A stretch of DNA of 63,691 bases, the filler included, from Lenisia limosa (lineage: Eukaryota > Protista > Breviatea): the NCBI GenBank assembly GCA_001655205.1. It is 13 parts of 13 records of this genome, joined end to end, with 100 filler letters (N's around TTAATTAATTAA, not from the genome) between each part and the next. Parts side by side here need not be neighbours in the genome. Positions count along the whole stretch, not along the records: positions 8,957 to 15,730 come from LPNZ01009308.1; positions 15,831 to 18,513 come from LPNZ01008263.1; positions 18,614 to 26,051 come from LPNZ01003628.1; 10 more parts are not named here. One strand, given 5' to 3'. Made by a program: the position numbers and the translations under genes. Of the stretch, positions 12,079 through 24,800 are shown one piece after another; position 1 is the stretch's first letter; each line of letters opens with the position of its first letter. The notes below the pieces were generated by a model. The model saw nothing but the letters and a program-made list of their open reading frames with translations, was not told the DNA's origin and ran no database searches.

Positions 12079-15000
12079 ATGGCCGGCTGGAAGAATGTCA
12101 TTCCGCAGGTTACCCACAAAGTAAGCCTTCTTCCCGGCCATTTGCCACTATATAGAACTAAATTTTGTTATTGGTGATGGTGTTAGGGTAGCTTTTTCAG
12201 TTAAACCCTCTTGATCATGCATCCAGTCTGAGTGTGTTTGTCTTCTTCACCTGCATCCTTTCCCTTCGTCCAACTGCTTTTTTCTGCTTATATGATACAA
12301 TATTATTTTTTATTGCCCTCATTGATTTGACTCAATTTCTATGAGCAAACTCTGCCCCCCTCCTTTCTCTTCACACATCTCCATTTTTATTAGAGGCTGG
12401 TGAAATGATATTATGCTATCCATTTATATTGCCATAATGATGAAGCAGATGGGGTTGTAGGGCAAATGATAGGTGAATTGAGATTGATAGGGTGAATTGA
12501 TTAAGAGTGAATTGATGTAATGTTCCTATTGCTTCGCTCTGCTTATATTGATGCTATTTGTTCAATTAATTCAGTTTTATGAAATAGGGGTTCAACGAAA
12601 TAAGACCGATTCGATATTTTACGGAATTATGTTTAATAAAATAATGAATATTTACTGATTACTTTTCTCATTCGCCTCACATATTACCACTAAGAAAAGA
12701 CAGTTGTTTTTCACTCTCCTTCCTTTTTCGANNNNNNNNNNNNNNNNNNNNNNNNNNNNNNNNNNNNNNNNNNNNNNNNNNNNNNNNNNNNNNNNNNNNN
12801 NNNNNNNNNNNNNNNNNNNNNNNNNNNNNNNNNNNNNNNNATTTCCATCTCAATATTTATACTTAACCCATCCCCCACTATTTTGCAAACTACAGTGACC
12901 AGGATAAGTCTTGACCGATTCACCCAATGATTTCCGCAAGGAAAATCGATCAAGACTTATCCGGTCACTTGAAGATTTTGTGGTCATTTCTGTTCATAAG
13001 TATTCCATCTTTAACCCCCTCCCCAGGAAAGAGGGCAGGTTCAGAACCGGAAGCACCTGGGCCTTTTGGAGAAGCACAAGGACTATAAGGAGCGTGCTCG
13101 CGACTTCAACACCAAGCAGAAGAAGCTCAACATCTTGAGGTGGGGATTCATGGAGGAAAGGTAGAAAATAATCACATTTATAGGAGAGACGGGGGGGGGG
13201 GGGTCNNNNNNNNNNNNNNNNNNNNNNNNNNNNNNNNNNNNNNNNNNNNNNNNNNNNNNNNNNNNNNNNNNNNNNNNNNNNNNNNNNNNNNNNNNNNNNN
13301 NNNNNNNNNNNNNNNNNNNNNNNAATTTTCTATAGAAGAAAAGGGGTGTCTCCATTTTAATATTACTACGGATATGAGGAAACCTTTCACCATTTTTAGG
13401 AAGAAAGCTCTTCTTCGAAATCCAGATGAGTTTAACTTTGGCATGATCAAATCGGAAACTAAGGTGCGTGGTGGCATGACGTCTCCATATAATGCGGCTA
13501 TGTTGACCAGATTGCTTGTGATAACTGCACCTGTACCCCATATTTTTAACCTTTTCAATTGGTATATACAGACCACTGTCACCTTTTTTGAGAACAAAAA
13601 AATACATATCGTAGATTACATGTAAATAAAGTCTTGGAACAAACTGTCCATCATTAAGAAACCCAAGTTTTATTTCAAGTATAAAAATGATGCTCTTGTG
13701 CAATTTCAGAGGGGTATAAAATAATCCCACTATCGCAGTGTCACAAATACCAGTTGATCCTTGCAACCCTTCGCTCTCAACAATCATTTCTAAAATGTTT
13801 AGAATGGTGTACATCAAGCGAAGAGAAAAGGAAAGAAGTACTCTTTCAAGGAAATTAAAACTGTTTGAGGGGGGGGGGGGTCAAATNNNNNNNNNNNNNN
13901 NNNNNNNNNNNNNNNNNNNNNNNNNNNNNNNNNNNNNNNNNNNNNNNNNNNNNNNNNNNNNNNNNNNNNNNNNNNNNNNNNNNNNNNNNNNNNNTGATGT
14001 AATCAGTATCCCTTTTAAACTTGATGGTGTGGATGGCTTCAGTCAGATGTTTGATTTCTCTTCCTTCGATTCTAATTCCTGCAGCTGAAGACCCAAGATT
14101 CAACATTTATCAGAATCCGGGCACAAGAAACTATGAAGGTTTGTCAATGAAATTCCCACATCCCGTTGCTTTGTGATTTTCAAACCATCATATTTTGCTG
14201 GTAGAGATTTTGGAGTTTTTTTTTATTATTTTTTTTATTTTCACGAGTGATGGGATGCGGTGCTACAGACTGGGCTTTTTTGTTTTGTTTTGTTTTGTTG
14301 NNNNNNNNNNNNNNNNNNNNNNNNNNNNNNNNNNNNNNNNNNNNNNNNNNNNNNNNNNNNNNNNNNNNNNNNNNNNNNNNNNNNNNNNNNNNNNNNNNNN
14401 NNNNNNNNNNNNNNNNNNNNNNNNNNNNNNNNNNNNNNNNNNNNNNNNNNNNNNNNNNNNNNNNNNNNNNNNNNNNNNNNNNNNNNNNNNNTGATGAGGT
14501 GTGTGGCCATCCAACTTCTTGTCTACAAATATTCTATGAGTTGAACCAAAAACAGCTTATAATAGCAAAGTATTTCTCCGGACTCTGATTATCATATTTT
14601 CGAGAGAGTATACATTAGAAATCTAGGGAAACAAATATATATAATACATGTTATATATATATAAATAATATACATAGGGATACCATAAACACAATACCAT
14701 CCTTCCACGCCCACGCTCCGTAACGCCCTCCGCTCCGAAACACACCATGTGCTATTTCACTGCTGCAGGAAGGCAAAATTGACCTAGCAAAGAAATACGA
14801 CACACTGCCCGAATTTGTGCATAGAACTTACAGTGGGGGGGGGGGGTAGCNNNNNNNNNNNNNNNNNNNNNNNNNNNNNNNNNNNNNNNNNNNNNNNNNN
14901 NNNNNNNNNNNNNNNNNNNNNCTATCAAATGTTGGATCCAATTCACGAGATATCATTCGGGTTTCACTCCAGCCCGAAAAAGATTGGTGTAGTTATAATA

Positions 15001-15686
15001 TTTTAAGTTGTGTGCACAGGGGTGAAAACTATTTCTTGTCCAAAAAAAAAGCGTGATAATGTGCATGGCTTCAGCCAGATACTACCTTGTTTTATTTCGC
15101 ACCCCTCTATATAATATTTATCGAGGACCTATCAACCAAATCTTGTTTATCAAGGACCTATCAACACATTCTTGTTTATTGAGGACCTATCAACAAAGTC
15201 TTTGTGGTGTGGCATGATGACGCCTTTGATTGACACACATCAGATCGACCGCGCTTGGCCGACTTGAAGACAAAGGACCTGACCAAGGGTTCTGAAGGAT
15301 TCAGCGTTGAAATGGAGGTAGGATACATAGTATCATATGATAGTGATAAAACATCGATATGTAATATAATATACAGTGTATAATGTATCATATATTATTT
15401 GATATGACATGATATGTTATCGTATGGTCATCAAAGAATAAGTGTAATGTGCAGTGATTTTTACATTTGTAATTAGATATCGCAACCACCTCCTCAAAAG
15501 CCATCAACTTTTTGAAGAGCAAACGAGGATTTATCAATACATTTATTCTCACTCAGTATCAACCCCTCACATAATCCAGCAAAAACTCCAAGAACAGAAG
15601 CACCAGGAGCTTTTAACCCAGGCCGAATACGCACGGGAAATGAAGCAAATCTCAGCCGTTGTAGATCATGAGAGGAAGCTGATGGT
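12079..15686 (+). CDS. UTP11: U3 snoRNA-associated protein 11 (3' truncated by gap)
   Basis: MAGWKNVIPQVTHK|ERGQVQNRKHLGLLEKHKDYKERARDFNTKQKKLNILR|KKALLRNPDEFNFGMIKSETK|...LKTQD...KKYDTLPEFVHRTY: diagnostic Utp11 motifs. Confidence 0.93.
12893..12970. mobile_element. MITE family C
   Basis: TA|CAGTGACCAGGATAAGTCTTGACCG...CAAGACTTATCCGGTCACT. Confidence 0.8.
15115..15195. repeat. Intronic tandem repeat, ~29-bp unit x3
   Basis: TTTAT(C/T)(G/A)AGGACCTATCAAC...TCTTG repeats. Confidence 0.85.
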
Positions 15687-15954
15687 GAGAGGATTGGTTT
15701 TGCTGGTTCTCTTTTTCACCTTTGTTTCATNNNNNNNNNNNNNNNNNNNNNNNNNNNNNNNNNNNNNNNNNNNNTTAATTAATTAANNNNNNNNNNNNNN
15801 NNNNNNNNNNNNNNNNNNNNNNNNNNNNNNTTTGTTTTTTTTTACAAACAGGTAAGGGGAAGGTAGCTTTGGCCAGGTAAAAGCTGTGGAATATTTAGCC
15901 TCTTGTTTCTTTTTACTATCCCATCTCTTCATTGCCGCAAATGACCGTTTGTAG

Positions 15955-16057
15955 TTCTGCAAACGCTCTCCATCCCGGGCGAGAGCCACGATCTGATCTA
16001 CTCCATGTCTGTTCCATCCGAGGCTGTGCCGTACTGTGCCCAGTTCCTTGCCGAGTG
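15955..16057 (+). CDS. Isolated coding exon, unassigned
   Basis: LQTLSIPGESHDLIYSMSVPSEAVPYCAQFLAEW with AG/GT flanks. PGESH could be an alpha/beta-hydrolase His motif, or the exon could belong to the downstream gene. Confidence 0.35.
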
Positions 16058-16717
16058 GTAGTGTGTCCTTGGTGTTTGGTGGTAATGTTGAAATGTATCT
16101 TTGGTGTTTTGAACGTTGCTACATGGCTTGTCACCCTGTGAAGGGCTTAGGGACGGAAGAGGATTTATCATTAGCTTAGAACACATCTGAAATTCCATTT
16201 GAGTTATTCTACTAGTTCAAATTTCATCAATGAATGTTATTCTACCTATGCAAAATTCATTGATGAATGTTACTTTTACCAGTTCAAAATCATCTATGAA
16301 TGACAATAACACTGCTTCAAGTCATCTCTACCTCTATAAGCATTCAATTGTGCCAGAGTGATAGACACATGTACGAGAAGATGAGGGGGGGGGGGGGGNN
16401 NNNNNNNNNNNNNNNNNNNNNNNNNNNNNNNNNNNNNNNNNNNNNNNNNNNNNNNNNNNNNNNNNNNNNNNNNNNNNNNAATTCCAAAAACACCTGTCCA
16501 AACTGTCAATTTTTTGGAGTTCCAGAAATCCATTTTGTGAAACATTTTTTTCCTTTTGAAAAGAGACAGTCTCTTGTAAGGGTATTATTGTAACAGCAAG
16601 CCCTCCTTCTGAAAGAGGACAGAGAATTCGGTGGATTTACATCTTAATTGCCGACAATGGTAAAGGGTGGCCAAGTCTGCTTAAGACGTTGCTGGTTATT
16701 GGTTGAATACTAAGCAG

Positions 16718-18317
16718 TGTTGTCGGAAAACTGACCGCTTCCAGGCAAAGCCAGCAAGCTTTCCAAGCTTCATCGCAAACCACCCTTGTGTCACAGTGGG
16801 TATTCTTGTCTATTGTGCCCTATTTTATGCGTCTAGATATGGGCAGTGCTCACAGTGACATTCATTGTCAGTATTATCACCTTCGTTGTTGACCCTCCTG
16901 AAGTAGGAATGTTCTCGATAAGTTGATCAACCGCGTTTGCCCTCCTGCCTCACTCCTCCAGTCGGGCTTCGGCGTCTTTGATGCTCGTGATTCGAAGATC
17001 AATGAGGAGTACGATGCCATGTTCATGCTTTCCACGATTGAAGACCCCTTTGACAACACTATCAAGGTATTTTGGACTGAATATGATGGAATATCTGTCC
17101 TGGTCTTGTCTCCTCATGTCCTGGACGGGAGAATGGGAATGTTTAAGCCTCCACATTTTCTTTTTTGGCGAATCTCACAAAGCTGAGAGGAGGTCGCTTC
17201 TTCCATNNNNNNNNNNNNNNNNNNNNNNNNNNNNNNNNNNNNNNNNNNNNNNNNNNNNNNNNNNNNNNNNNNNNNNNNNNNNNNNNNNNNNNNNNNNNNN
17301 NNNNNNNNNNNNNNNNNNNNNNNNNNNNNNNNNNNCTCAAGTCCATTTTCCTGAGGATTTTTGTTGTGTTTTGTATTTGAGATAAAATTGAATTGGATAT
17401 TTTTGGATTCCACGATTCCACGCACATCACTTGGGGAAAGTGGCTGGTATGTCACATTGAAACTCTTTGTGTTATCGCCATTTCATTTCGACTAAAACAG
17501 CCGGTCATTTGATCATATTACTTGCACATATCATGGGTTTCACTGCGGTTAAAAAAATATTGGTAAAATATCTATAGTATTCGAGTCTTTTTTCGAACCG
17601 AAGTGAAGTCCTACACATATCATAGAACACACCACAACTTGACCCCCCCCCCAAAAAAAAAAANNNNNNNNNNNNNNNNNNNNNNNNNNNNNNNNNNNNN
17701 NNNNNNNNNNNNNNNNNNNNNNNNNNNNNNNNNNNNNNNNNNNNNNNNNNNNNNNNNNNNNNNNNNNNNNTTTTTTGTTTTCCTCTTCAATAATTCCCGT
17801 TCCATCCCCCCAGAAACAAGCGCAACAGTCGCAAAACGTCTTCGCCCTCGAGCTGCTTTTCAAGGTGGACGAAGGGGATAACGTATTCACGGCGCCACGT
17901 CTTGCTGAAATGAAGAAGCTCTCCGACGACCTTGCCCTTGTTGAAGGTTACACTGACCATTGCTGGAAGCCTGATGCCAGTGAGGGGAGGGACAACCAAG
18001 TATCTTTCCTTGATAAACATCAATATGGCTATATTTGTGTTTGGGCTTCACTTCGGTTCAAAAGAAGACTAAATTTCTCGATAAATCTTCGATATCGATA
18101 TTTATCAGTCTTTTTCGAACCGAAGTGAAGCCCAATGACTGCGCTCTATTACTACAGCCTATTACGTCTCACCCCGCAGTCAACTGTCAACCCGCCATCA
18201 CTCCATGGGACTACTTCTACCACACCAACGGCACGCTGAGAGCCCCCCTCAATGAACAGCTCAAGTTCATCGCTAAGGAAGGCCTGGAGTACTTCCTTGG
18301 CGACAAGAATGACCCGA
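16718..18317 (+). CDS. Dispatched/Patched-related (RND family) membrane protein, partial
   Basis: Exons ...SGFGVFDARDSKINEEYDAMFML...|QSQNVFALELLFKVDEGDNVFTAPRLAEMKKLSDDLALVEGYTDHCW...|NCQPAITPWDYFY fit the Dispatched-like luminal loop pattern (L.LI....NVFT...L..I......Y..FC...C.PP.S...YF). The sterol-sensing domain is not visible. Confidence 0.5.
18043..18133. mobile_element. MITE family A
   Basis: As above. Confidence 0.85.
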
Positions 18318-18869
18318 GTGAGGGGTGCGAGCTGAGCGAGTGAGATTGGAGGAGGAATAATACCAAATTGACTGCAGATGAATATTACGTACGAAAGAGT
18401 CTGAGTAGATACCATCGGAGTTGATTTTGGGGTTTTTTTTAGATTTATTGGTATGCATTATATCTAATGTATATGATATGTAATTATATATTCATTTTGA
18501 CCCCCCCCCCCCCNNNNNNNNNNNNNNNNNNNNNNNNNNNNNNNNNNNNNNNNNNNNTTAATTAATTAANNNNNNNNNNNNNNNNNNNNNNNNNNNNNNN
18601 NNNNNNNNNNNNNGTGTTTTGCTGTTGTAGACTACCCCTCTATCCTGATTTCTTCCATTATTAGCTCACACACGCTACTCATGACTAGTCTCATTTTTCT
18701 ACATCTCCCCCTCCCAACCAAAGTTGGTTCTGAGGCTTTTTATATGTTGCATTAAATTACCCGTTTTACTCCACCTGGCATTTCTGTTTCCATACTCATC
18801 ATATAAGGATAATATATGTGCGCGTAGTGTATTTTTTTTTTTTCGATTTTCCAAACCTGACCAAGAAGT

Positions 18870-21800
18870 AACCCCCTGGTACCGCTGCGGATCCTTCTTC
18901 TCATGACGCATGGCGGGCTGAAACAGTCAGATATCGACAATGGACTGAAGTTCTTCTTCAATTCAAAAAGCTACCAACAGCACCAATGGCACCATATTGG
19001 TGGGTGATGGGAGGATCATCATGGAATCACGTACTTTGCCATCGTATATTATAGTAATGAGAAATAAGGTTTTATCTGCCGAATCTGTCATAATAATATG
19101 TTCTTCTTTTCTTGATACCTATTGTCGTGACGAAACACCCATTTCCTCATGGCTTTGGCCAGATACAACCTTATTTTTTTTTTCTCATTGCTGTATAATG
19201 TATATCTGATATGCATATGTCTATATGTATATCATATACTATAGCTACATGTAATATTTTTATATATTATATATACATGATATATATAATAAATGTATTC
19301 TCTTTTCTCTTCTTTGTTAATGAGTTGGTACGAACAACTTCGGGTTGATGAAACTTTTTTTTAATTGTCATTTCATAGTTTGTGCTATTCCGTCGTTCCT
19401 GGCGCGTAACGTGACAATCGACGCAATTCAAACAGTGAGAACTTTTCTCGGCTTCTTCCACAACCTTCCGCTCGCAGCCGTCTTACTGGCCAATAGTCAT
19501 ATTGCTGGTTTTGCGGCTAATGTTCACAGAGTTAGCCAAAAGGTGGGAAGGAGCTTGGTTGTTATCTTGTCCCTATTCTGGTCGCCCACATACACAGGTA
19601 TTCGTTTGTTGTGTATTATATGATAATATGTACACACAATGTTTCTCTCTGCTATTTTTTCTGTAGCGTTGACTTTGCGAGAGTTTGTTTTTGCAACACT
19701 CTTTTCAGATCGCTCACCCCCCCCCCCCCCNNNNNNNNNNNNNNNNNNNNNNNNNNNNNNNNNNNNNNNNNNNNNNNNNNNNNNNNNNNNNNNNNNNNNN
19801 NNNNNNNNNNNNNNNNNNNNNNNNNNNNNNNCGGACCTTTCCGAGACCAGCTGTGTGATCACCCAGATCTGTGGCAGTTTGGCGTCTCTTGCGGCGTTAA
19901 CAAGAAATCAAAAGATCACCAAAAAAGTAATTTGCGCCATAAGTTCGATTGCGTCGAAATTGGCGTCTTCATCTTGTGGCCTCTGTCATACCAACGCTGC
20001 CGCCATGGCCGAAATGATAGTTCCCTTAATTCCTGATTGTAGCGTTGAGGTTGGTGATAAAGACAAATAATATATCATCATGTATTTTTGATATGACTCT
20101 ATCCAGCCCAATTGTTACCTGGTTTCCCATTTTCTATCAACGTGTAACCTAATTAAACTACACATAGAAAAACTTTCATTAAAATATGGAGCTGGAAGAA
20201 GGCACAATTAAAAGCATACTTTCCCCCATTCGGTGCACTTTATTCATCACAACCTTCCCCTGTCGTCAGCCAACAGAGTTGATTTTGTGTTTTTTTGTTT
20301 TGTTTCATAAATTTTCCAATTTTACTCCCTCAGACCGAGCTTCTGTCCTTAGCAATGAGTTTGTCTGCAGCCGTATTAGCGCACATCCCGAAAGAAGTCT
20401 CAAAAATGGCGCAATACGTTCCGCTGCCGGTGTGAGGGCTATTGTCAACTTCTGTTTATGAATATGATATTGTCAACTTCTGTGATAGATATCAATATGT
20501 CAACTTCTGTGCTATCAATATGGTATTGTCAACTTCTGTGATATCAATATGGTCTTGTCAACTTCTTTGATATCAATATGGTCTTGTCAACTTCTTTGAT
20601 ATGGTATTGAGGTTCTTTATTGGTCAGGAAAAGGCCAATAATATATACTAGTTATTTTTCGGAGAGATCTGTAGCATTGAATAGGATACTTTCTGCGTGC
20701 CTCCCCAGCATACCTTTATAGTACCCCCCCCCCCATAGGTATCACAATGTTTGGATGCCCTGGCGGCGCTTTCCTCCAGGATCATGACCACCCCTTCGTC
20801 GAATCAATTCCGTCACGTCTTGACTGCAGCTACTTTGATGGTGTCTGTTTCACCCCTGCTTCTCGCCGGTGTATGGAGGGCTTGTTAGGTAGAGCTTCAC
20901 TTTGGTTCGAAAAAAGACTGCATTTCTCGATAAATCCTCAAAAACTATCGATATTATTCTGGACTTTTTCGAACCGAAGTGAAACCCTATTGTTAGGTGT
21001 TAACTTCAGGGTTTTTTTTTGTGTAATCTAATTTTATCATTGTTTTCCATCCAAATTGACCACCTTTATTTTGAATTCTAAAAGCCACCTTCCATTTCAC
21101 CCTTTAGGCATCAGATACAAACCGATTCCGTCAGTCTGCTAAATTCATCCATAACCGAGCCACGTCGTACCTGAGTGCGAATTCCGAGGGCTGGACAGCC
21201 GCAATGCAAGAAACCCCGAAAGTTTGCGGATTTGGCACCTGCCGAACTACAGTTATTCACACAATAAAATGTCTTTGTGACTTGTTTAGACCAAGAAAAG
21301 TGCAGTCTTATCACAGGTTTGCTGATTGTAAAAAAAGAATTATCCTCCTCCCCTTTTTTTTTGTTGAACAACATACCCACGTTTGTTTTTTCTCACACTG
21401 GGGGGGGGGGGNNNNNNNNNNNNNNNNNNNNNNNNNNNNNNNNNNNNNNNNNNNNNNNNNNNNNNNNNNNNNNNNNNNNNNNNNNNNCTTGACACCCAAG
21501 ATTAACGACTCTCTGGATGACCTTCTTGGAGACCTCATACTCGACAATCCAGTATCTGCACATCTGCAGCCCCAAAATCCTAGTGTGCCTCTTGGAACCG
21601 AATCCTCTTCCGATGCCCTTCCGGTTGTGAGTGACGAATTATCCCGAGACCCGTCTGTTCTGAAGGCCTGGATTGCCCATTTCCGAGCCGCCCTTGGACA
21701 CTTCATTGTCGCTTCCAAGCAAAGTGTGACGGGGCTTGTCGCTTTTTCTAACAGGCACACTCATATCTGTGTTATTTGTGTTTCTCCTGATCAGTTGATG

Positions 21801-24800
21801 ACTGTTGAGCTTCGGTGTTTTCCTCTGCGATTATAATTACAGCTTCACTTCGGTTAGAAAAAGATCGGCAAAATATCAATATTTTTCGAGGATTTATCGA
21901 GAAATTCAGTCTTTTTTTTGAACCGAAGTGAAGCCCTAATCATTATCCTTCAGGTGACAACGCCAAGGCTCCGGAGCTCTCTTGCCGCTACCTTGTGCAA
22001 CTGGGTGCCTGCCTCGTGTCAACTGAAAGGTGGCTTGTTGGCTTGTTTTCTTTCGTCTTGGTTAGCAAGGGAATTCATTAATAATGGTGGAGTCCAGAAA
22101 TACATTCTGCATGATATCGGAGTTGAGTTTATTCCAATACGAAAAAGAACTCAACATAAGTACAAAAAAAGATAACAATACTGGACACTCATGATACTCT
22201 GTGACACGCTCATATGATCATACTAGATCAAGTGGATATGGGTTAACATATCATATCATATGATGATCATACCATATTCTCATCGCAATCAGATCTCTCC
22301 AAGAAGCGGCAATTGAGTGTATCAAACTGGCGCTTTCTGTCAAATCACCGTTGATATCTCGTGAGGGGAGGGGTAAATCATATTATAGATTATATCCTCT
22401 GCTTTCGTTGAAATAAATGTAACGCTTAACCAAAAATATCCCAACTCCATCCAGTCTTTTTGTTTTCAATTGTTTTTTTTTTTTGTATAGTTCGTTTCCC
22501 ATTCTTCTNNNNNNNNNNNNNNNNNNNNNNNNNNNNNNNNNNNNNNNNNNNNNNNNNNNNNNNNNNNNACGTTTCTACACTTGCAAAAACACAGAAACCT
22601 CTCACTGATATCCAGGTCTTGAGACCATGGCAATCACAGCTGTCAATTTCCTCAGTTCATGTGACATGCATTCGGAGGCCCGCCCGGTGCTGGAGGTAGG
22701 CAGGCGTGTTGCGGTGCATTTGTGTGTGTGTAGGGGGGTAAATCCCTTACTTTTATTATGGTGTTGTTCTGCCAGATACAACCTTATTTTTATTTCTCAT
22801 TGCTATATATTTTGTAATACATTACTATCATTTTATCCTAGGGTAAGAGGCTATTTGAAGGAGTATTCTCGCATTATTCAGTCTGACCACCCAGCTTGTT
22901 TCACATTTCTGCCAAGGGGAATCCACCACCAGCACTCTGTAGGAATGGGTATCATACTTTGAAGCTTAACGTCGTACGGGGCTTTTCTTTGATACTCCTC
23001 CAGCTCCGTTTTTTTTTTTTGATAATTCACATTTGTGTGGAGCCAAGAGCTTTTTTTTTTGTGTTAAAATTTGACGAAAATGGTTGGTCTCTTTTGCCTT
23101 TCTCAATTGCCAATCGAAGTACTCGGCCTGACTACCTCAGGTTCCTCGGTAAACTTTGCGATTCCGACGCCGCTGGTGTGGCCCTCCCCCTCCTTACCAA
23201 GGCGTGGGCTATGAACTCAAGATTGTACCCCGTCCTGGCCGGGGCTATTTCCAAGGCCTTGCAGGGAACGAAGGATTGCGTGCGTGCGGCTTTTGCGTCT
23301 TTGGTGTCAGGTTGGTGGTTACTAGGGAGTGAAAAGCGGTTTCATAACGGTATTTATCAAGGATTTATTGATTCTTGAGCAATTTGAGCGTATAAAAATC
23401 TACTAACTTCTCGACTTTGTCAGCAAGACTGTCCTTTCATTTGTAATTAATTATTGTCTTATTTCCTCTTTCAAAGTACTCCGGCCTATCCTAAGTTTTT
23501 GTTCATCCTAAAAAAAACCCCCTTCTTTAGAAAGAATGGAATCTTCTATTTTTTTTACGCCATACTGCTACATATTACCTCACCTAGGATGACTTTTTAT
23601 TATTTTATTTTTGTTTTTTGTTTAATTCTATTTTTACATGATGCAGCCAACTTAGTTTACTCTAGGGTTTTTTTTTTTGTTTTATTTTCCTATTTTTACA
23701 CCCCAGTATGCGAATTGAAGCCTCTCAGAGGAACAGACTGGATCCCCTCAATACTTGCTCCCACTATTTTGGCCTCACCGCAGGCAAGCAAGTGGTCAAA
23801 GGTGTGGAAGGGGGTGCCTCTCACAACGGTCTGTTATTTCGCAACGATTACAACCCACCCAAATTTCCTTATTAGGACACCTTGATTCATCAATTAGAAA
23901 CAATTATACGTGATATCTGTCAGTGGCGCAACTCACTCATTCATAATACAAGTTGAACTCGATGCTAGTCATCATGATATCTAGGGCTTCCCTGCGTCCG
24001 AAAAAGACCGTTAAATTATCGATATTTTTCGAGGATTTATCGAGAAATTCGGTTTTTTGGGACCGTAGGGTAGCCATAATGATATCAGAAAAATAGGCAC
24101 AATCTACCTTCTGGCACTGTGAAGACAAATTCTACCATCTTTTTGAAAAATAAAGATATTATGTGGTTTTCAACTTCCGATTATGTTTCAATGATACGAC
24201 AATTATTGTCTTTTTAAAACGTGATGATGTTGAGGGCTTCGGCAAGATACCATTTTTTATTCACTGCACATCTCTTTATACTCTTTACTCCCATTTCCTC
24301 TGGCTATTTACACCAAAGGACACGAACTGTGTGGCTCTCTCCATTTCAGCAATTTCTGCCCTTATCAAAAATGACGAGGTGAGTGAGGGTCAAGGGGATA
24401 CAAGATACAAGTTGGGCTTCACTTCAGTTCGAAAAAGACCGGTTCATTATCGATAGTTTTCGAGGATTTATCGAGAAATTCAGTCTTTTTGTTTGAACCA
24501 AAGTAAAGACCTAGATACTAGCTAGCCTAGGCTTCCCCCTTTTTTTNNNNNNNNNNNNNNNNNNNNNNNNNNNNNNNNNNNNNNNNNNNNNNNNNNNNNN
24601 NNNNNNNNNNNNNNNNNNNNNNNNNNNNNNNNNNNNNNNNNNNNNNNNNNNNNNNNNNNNNNNNNNNNNNNNNNNNNNNNNNNNNNNNNNNNNNNNNNNN
24701 NNNNNNNNNNNNNNNNNNNNNNNNNNNNNNNNNNNNNNNNNNNNNNNNNNNNNNNNNNNNNNNNNNNNNNNNNNNNNNNNNNNNNNNNNNNNNNNNNNNN

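Noticed and set aside
14492-14588. TGATGA...CTGA (box C/D snoRNA-like) in a UTP11 intron
   Set aside because: The boxes are common by chance in AT-rich DNA, the 5' flank is N so no terminal stem can be checked, and I found no convincing rRNA antisense guide.
15320-15425. ATATCATATGATAT-type quasi-palindromic tracts in many introns (also ~22200, 26000, 28050, 61600, 62310)
   Set aside because: Low-complexity AT microsatellite-like sequence with no defined ends or consensus.
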